Position numbers and translations under genes: made by a program
In this document: positions 16,894 through 26,367 of the stretch, piece by piece
Layout: every line of letters starts with the position of its first letter
Numbering within the stretch: the first letter of the stretch is position 1
Source: Modestobacter sp.
GTDB lineage: Bacteria > Actinomycetota > Actinomycetes > Mycobacteriales > Geodermatophilaceae
Assembly (NCBI GenBank): GCA_025966175.1
Contig: JAOPVN010000078.1
Span: 1-44,331, forward strand
Length of the DNA: 44,331 nucleotides
Direction: 5' to 3'
The notes under the pieces: model-generated
Told to the model about the DNA's origin: nothing
The model's input: the letters and a program-made list of their open reading frames with translations, nothing else
The model's database searches: none

Positions 16894-18003
16894 TCAGCGG
16901 CGGGAGCCCTCGAGCAGCCGGGCGGCCATCCGCACCGACCGCTCCGGATACTTCCGGGCGACGTCCTCGGGCGCCCGGCCCGAGCTGACCAGCAGGTCCG
17001 CCAGTCGGCTGCCGATCAGCGCCATCACGACACAGGCCAGCAGCTCGTACCAGTCCACGTCCGCGATCTCGGCGCCGCCCAGCTCCTGGTACCGGGCGAT
17101 CGTCGCGGCCCGGTCGGGCACCCCCGGCAGCCGCTCCAGTCCCTGCGCCTCACACAGGTAGTCCTCGAACATCAGCCACCAGCCCAGGTCGATCCCCGGC
17201 GGGCCCACGGTGGCCGCTTCCCAGTCCAGCATCGCGCTCACCGACAGGTCGTCGGCGAAGATCATGTTGCCCACCCGCGCGTCACCCCAGACGACCCCGG
17301 CCGCCGGGTCGTCGGGCCGGTTCCCCAGCAGGTGCGCCATGGCGGCGTCGAGCACGTCGGGCCCGAACCGGCGGCTGCTCCCGCACCACTCGTTCCAGCG
17401 CACCAACTGGTCCAGGTATCGGTTCAGGGCCGTGCCCGGTCCCCCGGCGCCCCCTCCGGTGTCCCCTCCGGTGTCCCCTCCGGTGTTGAGGAACCCCAGA
17501 CCCTGCGCCGGGTCGACCCGGTGCAGGGAGGCGAGCGCGGCCAGCGCCGCGTCGTGCATCCGGGTCCGCTCCCCCGGCGTCAGGTCGACGACCCAGCCGC
17601 TGCGGTGATAGCTGGGGACGTCGCCGGGCACCCGGCCGGGACGGCGCTCCATCACGTAGAAGGGCGCCCCGAAGAGGGTGCGGTCGGCCGCGGTCAGCCA
17701 GACCCGGGGCACCGGCACGCCCGGGTGCCCGGCCAGGCCACGCATCACCTCCGCCTGGGCGATCGCGTCCGGCTGGACGAACAGCTGGTGCCCGGTCGGC
17801 TCGATCCGCAGCACCAGGTCCTGCTCGCGGCGCCCGTCGGGCCCGGCCCAGGCCGCGGTGAACATGATCGTCTCGTTCGAGTACCCGGCCTTGGGCAGCA
17901 TCAGCCCGGAGACCTCGACCTCGTCGATCCCGAGCTGCGCGGCCAGCAGCGGGCGGAGAGCGGCGCTGGTGGCCGCCAGGTCGCGGTGGGGGGACTCCGA
18001 CAT
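16894..18003 (-). CDS. APH/choline-kinase-fold phosphotransferase (Rv3168/ACAD10-N-like)
   Basis: GYSNET, LVLR, PFYVME, WGDARVGN, MLDWE. Confidence 0.92.
   Translation of the reverse strand: MSESPHRDLAATSAALRPLLAAQLGIDEVEVSGLMLPKAGYSNETIMFTAAWAGPDGRREQDLVLRIEPTGHQLFVQPDAIAQAEVMRGLAGHPGVPVPRVWLTAADRTLFGAPFYVMERRPGRVPGDVPSYHRSGWVVDLTPGERTRMHDAALAALASLHRVDPAQGLGFLNTGGDTGGDTGGGAGGPGTALNRYLDQLVRWNEWCGSSRRFGPDVLDAAMAHLLGNRPDDPAAGVVWGDARVGNMIFADDLSVSAMLDWEAATVGPPGIDLGWWLMFEDYLCEAQGLERLPGVPDRAATIARYQELGGAEIADVDWYELLACVVMALIGSRLADLLVSSGRAPEDVARKYPERSVRMAARLLEGSRR
17451..17486. repeat. In-frame 12-bp tandem repeat x3
   Basis: (CCCCTCCGGTGT)3, encoding TGGD-TGGD-TGGG. Confidence 0.9.
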
Positions 18004-18065
18004 GCGGACCTCCGGTCAGTGGGACGGGGGCGACGGGCCTACCACCGGCCACCCGTGACGCCACC

Positions 18066-18083
18066 CGACACTACTGTCAGAAT
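18066..18083 (+). promoter_or_regulatory. Putative operator
   Basis: CGAC-ACTACT-GTCAGAAT in a divergent region, 6 bp before the GTG start; contains TACTGT. Confidence 0.65.
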
Positions 18084-18089
18084 GGTGAG

Positions 18090-19172
18090 GTGACCGTCAC
18101 ATCCCCGCGCGACGTCCGCAGTTCCCTCGGCGCCTACGTGCTGCCCGGCCGCGTGGCCGACCCACGCCCGGCCATCGGACAGGCCCGGGTCGCCGAGCAG
18201 ATCGGTCTGGGCACCGTCTGGCTCAGCGAGCGGTGGGGCACCAAGGACATCGCCGTCCTGGCCGGCGCCCTGGGCCAGGCCACGGACACCGTGCGGATCG
18301 CCTCCGGCATCACCCACTTCCAGGTGCGTCACCCGGCCGTGCTCGCCTCCATGGCGATGACCGCCCAGGCCCTCACCGGAGGCCGGATGGTGCTCGGCTT
18401 CGGCCGGTCGGTCGCGGCCATGTGGAAGGCCCTCGGCCTTCCCCAGGCGACCAACCAGATGCTGGTCGACTCCGCCGACATCCTGCGTCGGCTGTGCCGC
18501 GGCGAGAAGGTCTCCTACTCCGGCCCGGCCGGGGAGTTCCCGGCGATGCGGCTCAGCGACCTGCCCGACGCGCCGCCGCCGCCGCTGGTGTTCGCCGCCA
18601 TCGGGCCCAAGAGCCTGGCGCTGGCCGGCGCGCACTTCGACGGGGTCCTGCTGCATCCCTTCCTCACCCCCGAGGCGGTCGCCCGCCAGGCGGCCACGGT
18701 GCGCCGCGCGGCCGAGGAGGCCGGCCGGGACCCGGCCGCGGTGCGGGTCTACGCGACCGTCGTCACCGCTCCGGAGCTGCCCGCCCGGGAGGAGCTGGAG
18801 GTCGTCGGCGCCCGGGCGGTCACCTACTTCCAGATCCCCGGGTTCGGCGAGAACCTGGCCACCGCCAACGGGTGGGACGTCGAGGCGCTGACCGCCCTGC
18901 GCTCGCACCCGCTGATGGCCGGCCTGCGCGGCGCCGCCGACAGCGTCTTCACCCGCGACCAGCTGCGCGAGGTCAGCCTGAGCCTGCCTCCGTCGTGGCT
19001 GACCAGCGCGGCGGCCGTCGGCTCGGCCGCGGAGTGTGCCCGCCGGCTGCACGACTACCTCGACGCCGGCGCCGACGAGCTGGTCCTGCACGGGAGCACG
19101 CCGGAGTACCTCGGGACGACGGTCGCGCACTTCGGCGAGCCATCCTCCGCGCGACCGGCCGAGCCGGCCTGA
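18090..19172 (+). CDS. LLM-class F420-dependent oxidoreductase (MSMEG_2249/TIGR03857-like)
   Basis: AYVLPGRVADP, WLSERW, TGGRMVLGFGRS, GPKSL, FDGVLLHPFLT, ELVLHG. Confidence 0.9.
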   Translation: MTVTSPRDVRSSLGAYVLPGRVADPRPAIGQARVAEQIGLGTVWLSERWGTKDIAVLAGALGQATDTVRIASGITHFQVRHPAVLASMAMTAQALTGGRMVLGFGRSVAAMWKALGLPQATNQMLVDSADILRRLCRGEKVSYSGPAGEFPAMRLSDLPDAPPPPLVFAAIGPKSLALAGAHFDGVLLHPFLTPEAVARQAATVRRAAEEAGRDPAAVRVYATVVTAPELPAREELEVVGARAVTYFQIPGFGENLATANGWDVEALTALRSHPLMAGLRGAADSVFTRDQLREVSLSLPPSWLTSAAAVGSAAECARRLHDYLDAGADELVLHGSTPEYLGTTVAHFGEPSSARPAEPA

Positions 19173-19191
19173 GCCCATCATTGCCATCCGG

Positions 19192-19209
19192 TGACACAAC
19201 AGTCAGAAT
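19192..19209 (+). promoter_or_regulatory. Putative operator
   Basis: TGAC-ACAACA-GTCAGAAT upstream of the ALDH operon. Confidence 0.68.
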
Positions 19210-19262
19210 CCGGACACGGGGCGAGGTCGACGGCCCCCGGCCCACTCTCAGGAAGGCGTCTG

Positions 19263-20729
19263 TTGCGCATCCACGGTGACGTCTTCATCGGCGGCTCCTG
19301 GCGGACGCCCGCCACCGGGCAGGTCATCGACGTGGTCTCCCCGGCCACCGAGGAGCTGATCGGGCAGGTGCCCGACGGCGCGCCCGCCGACGTCGACGCA
19401 GCCGTCGCCGCCGCCCGGCTGGCCTTCGACCACGGCGAGTGGCCCCGGCTCTCCCCGGCCGAACGGGCCGCCGCCCTGGGACGGCTGTCGGCAGCGGTGA
19501 AGCGCCGGAGCGAGGAGTTCGCCGACCTGATCAGCGCCCAGGTGGGCAGCCCCCGCGCCTGGGCGACGATCGGACAGGTGGGCGTGGCCACCGCGGTGCT
19601 GGACACCTACACCCGGCTGGCCGGGACGCACCCGTGGGAGAGCGACCGGCGCGGCGCCTTCGGCACCACCGTGCGGGTCCGGCAGCTCCCGGTGGGCGTG
19701 GTCGCGGCCATCGTCCCGTGGAACGCACCGCTGTTCGTGGCGGCCCTGAAGCTGGGCCCGGCGCTGGCCGCGGGCTGCACCGTCGTCCTCAAGCCCTCCC
19801 CCGAGGCGCCGCTGGACGCCTACCTGCTGGCCGAGGCGGTCCTGGAGGCCGGCCTGCCCGACGGCGTGGTGAACATCGTCCCGGCCGGCGCCGCGGCCAG
19901 TGAGCACCTGGTGCGCCACCCCGGTGTGGACAAGGTGAGCTTCACCGGGTCCACCGCGGTCGGCCGGCGCATCGGCGCGCTGTGCGGCGCCGACGTCCGC
20001 CGCTGCACCCTCGAGCTCGGCGGCAAGTCCGCGGCCATCCTGCTCGACGACGTCGACCTGGACCGCCGCCTGCTGGACGGGCTGGTCACCGGGTCGATGG
20101 CCAACAACGGACAGATCTGCGTCTCCCAGACCCGGATCCTGGCCCCCCGTGCCCGCTACGCCGACGTGGTCGACGCGCTGGCCGCCCGGGTCGGCGAGCT
20201 CACCGTCGGCGACCCCGCGGACCCGGCGACCGAGGTCGGACCGCTGGTGTCCCGGCGGGCCCGGGAGAGCGTGCTCGGGCACCTGGCCGCCGCGGTCGCC
20301 GACGGAGCGCGCCCGGTGACCGGCGGCGGCCGCCCGGCGGACCAGCCGCGGGGCTGGTACATCGAGCCGACCGTGTTCGCCGGCGTGGACAACGGCATGC
20401 GGATCGCCCGCGAGGAGGTCTTCGGCCCGGTCGCCGTGGTGATCCCCTACGACGACGAGGACGACGCGGTCGCGATCGCCAACGACTCCGAGTACGGGCT
20501 GGCCGGCAGTGTCTGGACCGGCGACCCGGAGCGCGGGGTGGCCGTCGCCGGCCGGGTGCGCACCGGGTCGGTGTCGGTCAACTCCGCCGCCCCGCTCGAC
20601 CTCGGCAGCCCCTTCGGGGGCTTCAAGCTCTCCGGCATCGGACGCGAGGGCGGCCCCGAGGCGTTCAGCGCCTACACCGAGCTGCAATCGGTGATCATGC
20701 CCCGGCCCCGGACCACCACGACCGCCTGA
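19263..20729 (+). CDS. Aldehyde dehydrogenase
   Basis: IVPWN, FTGST, LELGGKS, GQIC, EEVFGP, PFGGFK. TTG at 19263 after AGGAAGG is preferred over GTG at 19191, which lies within the operator. Confidence 0.94.
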   Translation: MRIHGDVFIGGSWRTPATGQVIDVVSPATEELIGQVPDGAPADVDAAVAAARLAFDHGEWPRLSPAERAAALGRLSAAVKRRSEEFADLISAQVGSPRAWATIGQVGVATAVLDTYTRLAGTHPWESDRRGAFGTTVRVRQLPVGVVAAIVPWNAPLFVAALKLGPALAAGCTVVLKPSPEAPLDAYLLAEAVLEAGLPDGVVNIVPAGAAASEHLVRHPGVDKVSFTGSTAVGRRIGALCGADVRRCTLELGGKSAAILLDDVDLDRRLLDGLVTGSMANNGQICVSQTRILAPRARYADVVDALAARVGELTVGDPADPATEVGPLVSRRARESVLGHLAAAVADGARPVTGGGRPADQPRGWYIEPTVFAGVDNGMRIAREEVFGPVAVVIPYDDEDDAVAIANDSEYGLAGSVWTGDPERGVAVAGRVRTGSVSVNSAAPLDLGSPFGGFKLSGIGREGGPEAFSAYTELQSVIMPRPRTTTTA

Positions 20730-20807
20730 CCCATCGGCGGCGCCGCCACCCGGGGCGCCGCTCTCCGGGCCTCCCGGCCCGGCCACCAGCAGGAAGGAGG
20801 GACCGCT

Positions 20808-21932
20808 GTGCAGACGACCGCAGCCGTGCTCTGGGAGCGCAACACCCCGTGGTCCATCGAGGAGATCGAGCTCGACGAGCCCCGGCAGGACGAGGTCCTC
20901 GTCGAGCTGCACGCCTCCGGGATGTGCCACTCCGACGAGCACATCGTCACCGGCGACATGCCCTTCCGGCTGCCCTGCATCGGCGGTCACGAGGGCGCCG
21001 GCGTGGTCAAGCAGGTCGGCCCCGGTGTCTCGTGGCTGTCCCCCGGCGACCACGTCGTCTTCAGCTTCATGCCCTCGTGCGGTCGCTGTCCGTCCTGCTC
21101 CACCGGTCACCAGAGCCTGTGCGACCTGGGCGCCCGGCTCTACAGCGGGCGGCAGATCTCCGACGGGACGGCGCGCCATCATGCGCGCGGGCAGGACCTC
21201 GCCACGGCGTGCCTGATCGGGTCCTTCGCCCACCACACGGTCGTGCACGAGGCCAGCTGCGTGAAGATCGAGCCGCAGTTCCCGCTGGACAAGGCGTGCC
21301 TGCTCGGCTGCGGCTTCATCACCGGCTGGGGCTCGGCGGTCTACGCCGCCGACATCCGCCCGGGCGACGCCGTCGTGGTGGCCGGGGTCGGCGGGATCGG
21401 CGCAGCCGCGATCCAGGGGGCCCGGCTCGCCGGCGCCAAGGTCATCGTCGCGATCGACCCGAACGACTCCAAGAAGGACAAGGCGATCGAGTTCGGCGCC
21501 ACCCACGTGGCCTCCTCCTGGGAGGACGCGCCGGCAGTGGTCGCCGAGGCCACCTGGAACCGCGGCGCGGACCGGTTCATCTGCGCCATGGGCGTCGGCG
21601 AGGGGCACCTGATCAAGGCGGCCCTGCGGATGACCGCCAAGCGGGGGCGCGTCGTGGTCACCAACATCCACCGCGCCGCCGAGACGTCGATCGACGTCAG
21701 CCTGATGGACCTGACGCTCAGCGAGAAGCAGATCGTCGGCACGCTGTACGGCTCGGCGAACGCCCGGGCCGACATCCCCAAGCTCCTCGAGCTCTGGGGC
21801 AGGGGGCAGGTGGACCTGGACTCGATGGTCTCCCGCACCTATCCCCTGGAGGGCGTCAACGACGGCTACGCGGACATGCGGGCCGGGCGCAACCTCCGTG
21901 GAGTCCTCACCTATCCCGCGCTCCAGGCATGA
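20808..21932 (+). CDS. Zn-dependent alcohol dehydrogenase (NDMA-dependent/Rxyl_3153-like)
   Basis: GMCHSD, GHEGAG, CGRCPSCSTGHQSLC, GVGGIG, GRNLRG. Confidence 0.92.
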   Translation: MQTTAAVLWERNTPWSIEEIELDEPRQDEVLVELHASGMCHSDEHIVTGDMPFRLPCIGGHEGAGVVKQVGPGVSWLSPGDHVVFSFMPSCGRCPSCSTGHQSLCDLGARLYSGRQISDGTARHHARGQDLATACLIGSFAHHTVVHEASCVKIEPQFPLDKACLLGCGFITGWGSAVYAADIRPGDAVVVAGVGGIGAAAIQGARLAGAKVIVAIDPNDSKKDKAIEFGATHVASSWEDAPAVVAEATWNRGADRFICAMGVGEGHLIKAALRMTAKRGRVVVTNIHRAAETSIDVSLMDLTLSEKQIVGTLYGSANARADIPKLLELWGRGQVDLDSMVSRTYPLEGVNDGYADMRAGRNLRGVLTYPALQA

Positions 21933-21957
21933 GCGCTCCCCACCCGGGAGGAACACG

Positions 21958-23238
21958 ATGACCAGTGTCGTCAGCACCGACAGCGCGCCTGCCCCCGACG
22001 TCCAGCTGGACGACCTGGACTGGTGGACCCGGCCGGCGCCGGAACGGAACGCCGCCTTCGCCCGGTTCCGCGCCGCCGAGGACCTGCCGTTCTTTCCCGA
22101 GCAGGACCTCGAGGGCACTCCGCGCGGGCGCGGCTTCCATGCCGTCACCCGCTACGCCGACGTCGTCGAGGTGAGCAAGCGGCCCGACGAGTTCTGCAGC
22201 GGCGAGGGCGTCAACATCTTCGACCAGCCGCCGCACCTGCGGGAGTTCTTCGGCTCGTTCATCTCCATGGACAACCCCGAGCACGCCCGGCTGCGGAAGA
22301 TCGTCGCCCGCGGGTTCACCGCGAAGAACATGGAGGCGATGCGCGACCAGGTGGCCGCCACCACCCGGGAGATCCTGACCGAGGTCGCCGGGCGCGGGGA
22401 GTGCGACTTCGTCACCGAGGTCGCGGCCCTGCTCCCGCTGCGGGTCGTCGACGACCTGATGGGCATCCCGCGCAGCGCCGAGCAGTTCATCTTCGACAAG
22501 ACCAACGCGGTGCTCGGCGCCAGCGACCCGGAGTACGTGGCCGACCAGTCGCCGCGCGGGGTGGCCACCGCCCTGATGGCGGCGGCCAACGAGATGGCCG
22601 AGCTGCTGCGGGAGCTGGCCGCCGAGCGGATCAAGTCCCCCCAGGACGACCTGATCAGCAAGCTGGTCGCCGCCACGACCGAGGAGAACCTCACCACCGA
22701 GGAGCTGGCCTCCTTCTTCATCCTGCTGGTCGGCGCCGGCAACGAGACCACCCGCAACGCCATCTCCCACGGCCTGGTCGCGCTGACCCAGAACCCCGAC
22801 CAGCGACGGATCTGGGCCGACGACCTCGCCGGGGTCACCCCCACGGCGGTCGAGGAGATCGTCCGCTGGGCCTCCCCCGTGGTGCACATGCGCCGGACGG
22901 TCACCCAGGACGGCGTGCGGCTCGGCGACAAGGAGTTCCGGGAGGGCGACAAGGTCGTGCTCTGGTACGGCTCGGCCAACCGGGACGAGTCCGTCTTCGT
23001 CGACGGGGACGCCTTCGACGTGCGGCGCAGTCCCAACCCGCACATCGCCTTCGGCGCACCCGGCCCGCACTTCTGCCTCGGCGCCCACCTCGCCCGGCTG
23101 GAGATCGGTGTCGCGTTCCAGGAGATCCTCACCGCGCTGCCCGACATCGAGGCCGCGGCGGAGCCCGAGTACCTGCGGTCCAACTTCATCCACGGGATCA
23201 AGCACCTGCCGGCGCGCTTCACGCCGACGGCGCTCTGA
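21958..23238 (+). CDS. Cytochrome P450 (CYP124/CYP125-like)
   Basis: AGNETT, EIVR, SANRD, FGAPGPHFCLG. ATG at 21958 after GGAGG. Confidence 0.96.
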   Translation: MTSVVSTDSAPAPDVQLDDLDWWTRPAPERNAAFARFRAAEDLPFFPEQDLEGTPRGRGFHAVTRYADVVEVSKRPDEFCSGEGVNIFDQPPHLREFFGSFISMDNPEHARLRKIVARGFTAKNMEAMRDQVAATTREILTEVAGRGECDFVTEVAALLPLRVVDDLMGIPRSAEQFIFDKTNAVLGASDPEYVADQSPRGVATALMAAANEMAELLRELAAERIKSPQDDLISKLVAATTEENLTTEELASFFILLVGAGNETTRNAISHGLVALTQNPDQRRIWADDLAGVTPTAVEEIVRWASPVVHMRRTVTQDGVRLGDKEFREGDKVVLWYGSANRDESVFVDGDAFDVRRSPNPHIAFGAPGPHFCLGAHLARLEIGVAFQEILTALPDIEAAAEPEYLRSNFIHGIKHLPARFTPTAL

Positions 23239-23297
23239 TCCGGCTCTGCCCCCACTCGCTCCGCCCTCCACCCACCACCGAACAGAGGACCCCAACG

Positions 23298-24071
23298 ATG
23301 GGCAATCGCCTCGCCGGCAAGACCGCGTTCGTCTCCGGCTCGACGCGCGGCATCGGCCGCTCGATCGCCGAGCACTACGCCTCCGAAGGCGCCAAGGTCG
23401 CCGTCGCCAGCCGGACCGTGGCCAAGGGCGAGAAGGTCGTCGCCCGCATCCAGGAGGCCGGCGGGGAGGCCAAGTTCTTCCCGCTCGACGTCACCGACGA
23501 GAAGAGCGTGCAGGGCGCGATCGACGCCGCCGCCGACCACTTCGGTGGGCTGACCACCCTGGTCAACAACGCGGCCCCCACCGACCTGGTGGTGCAGAAC
23601 TTCAAGCCGCTGCACGAGTACACGACCGAGGAGTGGGACTCGATCCTGCTCGGGACGCTGACCGGCAACGTCTTCTGGGCGTCGAAGTACGCCTGGCCGC
23701 ACCTCGCCGCCTCCGGCAACGCCTCGATCATCAACATCTCCTCGGGCCAGTCGCAGCTGGGCTACAAGGGGCTGGGCGCCTACGGCACGGCCAAGGGCGG
23801 GGTCAACTCGATCACCCGCACGCTGGCGATCGAGGGCGCGGCCGACGGCATCCGGGCCAACGCGGTGGTCGTCGGCCGGGTGGTCAGCTCCCCCGGTGAC
23901 TCCGGGCTGCACACCGGTCCGGGGCACCTCACCCGGCTGGGCAACCCGATGGACATCGCCTACGCCTGCACCTGGCTGGCCTCGGACGAGGCCGCGTTCG
24001 TCACCGGCTCGCTGGTGACTGCCGACGGTGGCTTCAGCATCAACGGCGACGCGATCGGTGGCGGCGCATGA
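23298..24071 (+). CDS. SDR-family NAD(P)-dependent oxidoreductase
   Basis: SGSTRGIG, VNNA, NISS, YGTAK, IRAN. Confidence 0.94.
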   Translation: MGNRLAGKTAFVSGSTRGIGRSIAEHYASEGAKVAVASRTVAKGEKVVARIQEAGGEAKFFPLDVTDEKSVQGAIDAAADHFGGLTTLVNNAAPTDLVVQNFKPLHEYTTEEWDSILLGTLTGNVFWASKYAWPHLAASGNASIINISSGQSQLGYKGLGAYGTAKGGVNSITRTLAIEGAADGIRANAVVVGRVVSSPGDSGLHTGPGHLTRLGNPMDIAYACTWLASDEAAFVTGSLVTADGGFSINGDAIGGGA

Positions 24072-24898
24072 CCGCGCTGAGCGAGAACGCCCACGAGACC
24101 GCCGACCCGATCGGCAGCACCGTCCTGCGCGACCTGACCGACGGCGTCCTGACCATCACGCTCAACCGCCCGGAGGCGGCCAACGCGATCCGCGCCGACC
24201 AGCGCGACGCGCTGATCAGCCTGTTCACCCAGGCCGACGGTGACCCCGACGTCCGGGTCGTGGTGCTGGCCGCCAACGGCCGGCACTTCTGCTCCGGCGC
24301 CGACGTCGGCGGCATCGGCGGCGGCGGCGAGAAGCGCGTCGGCGACCCGATGCGCAAGATCATGGGCGGGGCCCAGCGGCTGGTGACGTCCATCCTCGAC
24401 TGCGGCAAGCCGGTGATCGCCTCGGTGCAGGGCGTCGCTGCCGGCATGGGCGCGCACCTCGCCTACGCCGCCGACCTCGTCGTCGCCTCCGACCAGGCCT
24501 CCTTCATCGAGTCCTTCGTGCTGCGCGGGCTGGTCGTGGACGCCGGCGGGGCCTACCTGCTCCCCCGGCGCATCGGCCTGCAGAAGGCCAAGGAGCTGGC
24601 GTTCTTCGGCGACCGGCTGCCCGCCGCCGAGGCGCTCGCCCTCGGGCTGGTGAACCGGGTGGTGCCGGCCGACCAGCTGGCCGCCACCACCGCGGAGTTC
24701 GCCGGGCGGCTGGCCACCGCCCCGACGTCGGCGATCGCGCTGACCAAGCGGCTGTTCAACACCTCGCTCGACGGGAGCCGCGAGGCGGCCCTGCTGGACG
24801 AGGGCATGGCACAGGAGATCCAGTCGTACGCCCACGACTCCGGCGAGGGGGTGGCGGCCTTCAAGGAGCGCCGCAGCCCCGAGTACCGCGGGTGGTAG
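24068..24898 (+). CDS. Crotonase-family protein (PaaG-like; no catalytic Glu pair)
   Basis: TLNRP, FCSGAD, GMGAHL, ESFVLRGLVVDAGG. Confidence 0.9.
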   Translation: MTALSENAHETADPIGSTVLRDLTDGVLTITLNRPEAANAIRADQRDALISLFTQADGDPDVRVVVLAANGRHFCSGADVGGIGGGGEKRVGDPMRKIMGGAQRLVTSILDCGKPVIASVQGVAAGMGAHLAYAADLVVASDQASFIESFVLRGLVVDAGGAYLLPRRIGLQKAKELAFFGDRLPAAEALALGLVNRVVPADQLAATTAEFAGRLATAPTSAIALTKRLFNTSLDGSREAALLDEGMAQEIQSYAHDSGEGVAAFKERRSPEYRGW

Positions 24899-24920
24899 GC
24901 GTGGACCGAGAGGAACGGCG

Positions 24921-25340
24921 ATGACCAGCCCGTCCACCCCCCGCAACGACCTGCCGACGATCGAGGAGGAGAGCCGTCCCTTCTGGGACGCCGCCCGGGA
25001 GGGCCGCTTCCTCATCGCCCGGTGCTCCGCGTGCGGCCGAGCGCACCACTACCCGCGCCCGTTCTGCCCGTTCTGCTGGAGCGAGGACGTCGCCTGGGAG
25101 GACGCCAGCGGCCGGGCGACGCTGTACACCCACTCCACGGTGTACGTGAACGACCTCGCCCCCTTCCGCGAGGCCCTGCCCTACGTCGCCGCCGTCGTGG
25201 ACCTCGAAGAGGGCCCCCGGGTGATGACCCAGCTGGTCGACTGCCCGCCCGACGAGCTGCGCATCGGCATGCCGCTCACCGTGGCCTTCCGCGAGCTGAC
25301 CGACGAGGTCACCGCCCCGGTCTTCCGTCCCGCGGGATGA
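24921..25340 (+). CDS. DUF35 Zn-ribbon/OB-fold protein
   Basis: PFW, CSAC...YPRPFCPFC, SGRATLY, PYVAAVVDLEEG. Confidence 0.93.
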   Translation: MTSPSTPRNDLPTIEEESRPFWDAAREGRFLIARCSACGRAHHYPRPFCPFCWSEDVAWEDASGRATLYTHSTVYVNDLAPFREALPYVAAVVDLEEGPRVMTQLVDCPPDELRIGMPLTVAFRELTDEVTAPVFRPAG

Positions 25341-25393
25341 CCGCGGCGACACCCCCTGACAGTTCCACCCCCCGAACGAGAAGGAGTCCAACC

Positions 25394-26317
25394 ATGTCCC
25401 GCCTGTTGGAAGGGAAGGTCGCCGTCGTGACCGGTGCCGGTCACGGCATCGGCCGCGGGCACGCCCTCGAGCTCGCCAAGCACGGAGCCACCGTCGTCGT
25501 GAACGACCTGGGCACCTCCGTGAACGGCGAGGGATCGGGCCGGGACGCCGAGAAGGTCGTCGACATCATCACCTCCCGCGGCGGCACGGCCGTCCCGGAC
25601 TTCGGGGACGTCGGCGACGAGGCGCAGGTCGAGGCCATGCTGGACCGGGCCTGGGACCAGTTCGGCCACGTCGACATCATCGTCAACAACGCCGGGATCG
25701 TCCGCGACCGGGCCATCTGGAACATGAGCGCCGACGACTTCGACCTGGTCATGCGGGTGCACGTGCGGGGCACCTGGCTGGTCTGCCGCGGTGCGGCGCG
25801 TCGCTGGCGGGCCGAGGCGAAGGCCGGCGACGGCTCGGTCTACGGGCGGATCATCAACACCGTCTCCGGGGCCGGGCTGCTCGGCCACTTCGGCCAGTCC
25901 AACTACGCCACGGCGAAGTCGGCCATCGCCGGGATGACCCTCACCCTCAGCCTGGAACTGCAGAGCATCGGCGTCACCGTCAACGCGATCGGCCCCGGTG
26001 GGCTGACCCGGCTGTCGGCGACCATGCCCGGGCAGGCGGCGGCGCTGGAGCCCGACGAGCGTGACGAGGACGCCTTCGACCCCAAGGACCCCTCGCTGTG
26101 CTGCCCGGTGGTGGCCTGGCTGGCCAGCCCCGAGGCCGACCACGTCAGCGGGCAGGTCATCCGGGCGATGGGCGAGAAGATCCACCTGATGGGCGGGTGG
26201 TACGAGAAGGCCAGCGCGGGCAACGGCCAGCAGCGCTGGGATGCCACCAAGCTCGGCCAGGTCTTCGCCACCGACGTGTTCGGGACGCGTGCCCCGGGCC
26301 TGCGGATGGGTGGCTGA
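25394..26317 (+). CDS. SDR-family oxidoreductase (MFE-2/hydroxyacyl-CoA dehydrogenase-like)
   Basis: TGAGHGIG, VVNDLG, NNAGIVRD, GQSNYATAK. Confidence 0.94.
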   Translation: MSRLLEGKVAVVTGAGHGIGRGHALELAKHGATVVVNDLGTSVNGEGSGRDAEKVVDIITSRGGTAVPDFGDVGDEAQVEAMLDRAWDQFGHVDIIVNNAGIVRDRAIWNMSADDFDLVMRVHVRGTWLVCRGAARRWRAEAKAGDGSVYGRIINTVSGAGLLGHFGQSNYATAKSAIAGMTLTLSLELQSIGVTVNAIGPGGLTRLSATMPGQAAALEPDERDEDAFDPKDPSLCCPVVAWLASPEADHVSGQVIRAMGEKIHLMGGWYEKASAGNGQQRWDATKLGQVFATDVFGTRAPGLRMGG

Positions 26318-26367
26318 CCCTCCGGTCACGCCTGCGCCGCACGACTCGCGCCCTGCGGGACGGGCCC

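Noticed and set aside
16894-18003. Aminoglycoside resistance gene
   Set aside because: Fold-level similarity only; the WGD variant, the length and the catabolic context argue for a metabolic kinase.
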